Position numbers and translations under genes: made by a program. This document shows, one piece after another, positions 31,999-32,000 of a stretch of DNA of 32,000 nt (position 1 is its first letter; each line of letters begins with the position of its first letter). Location of the stretch: positions 210,001-242,000 of the forward strand of contig CAZXEQ010000002.1 of NCBI GenBank assembly GCA_964640155.1, in the 5' to 3' direction. The stretch comes from an uncultured bacterium. Its GTDB lineage: Bacteria > Auribacterota > JACPWU01. Below the pieces are notes generated by a model. That model was not told where the DNA came from, ran no database searches, and saw only the letters and a list, made by a program, of their open reading frames with translations.

Positions 31999-32000
31999 AC

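Overview
AT-rich bacterial chromosomal window; I cannot assign a lineage from the sequence alone. I saw no rRNA, tRNA, CRISPR array, transposase or integrase.

(1) 1-5.3 kb, housekeeping and envelope genes:
- On the minus strand, a partial SuhB-like inositol monophosphatase and a small two-helix membrane protein.
- On the plus strand, a tightly packed cluster: UDP-glucuronate decarboxylase-like SDR, S41 C-terminal processing protease, YibQ-like divergent polysaccharide deacetylase lipoprotein, and tsaD.

(2) 5.25-6.55 kb, two back-to-back type II toxin-antitoxin cassettes on the minus strand: phd/yefM-relE/parE, then hicB-hicA.
- The hicBA cassette, including its own near-consensus promoter, is bracketed by 45-bp imperfect direct repeats (39/45 identical).
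- These repeats are copies of the last 14 codons plus stop of the neighbouring giant gene.

(3) 6.55-32.0 kb, one uninterrupted minus-strand ORF of at least 8,483 codons, about 80% of the window. Its ATG lies 2 nt from the window edge, so the true start may be further upstream. Architecture read from the translation, N to C:
- an HD-type phosphohydrolase motif set;
- about 1,600 aa that I cannot assign;
- a cluster of about four hydrophobic helices;
- a helical region of about 950 aa;
- SEVEN tandem Hanks-type Ser/Thr kinase-like domains (repeat units of 436-577 aa);
- a second hydrophobic cluster;
- a 350-aa module present twice in near-identical form (1,797-nt period, including a 139-nt perfectly identical run), plus a third diverged copy, all carrying a conserved H-E-x-x-E motif;
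- a ParB/sulfiredoxin-like domain;
- an unassigned C-terminal region.

I do not recognise this domain combination from any characterised protein, and it is the main candidate for something new. Coordinates of domains inside the giant ORF are approximate. Residue i maps to nt (31999-3i)..(32001-3i).
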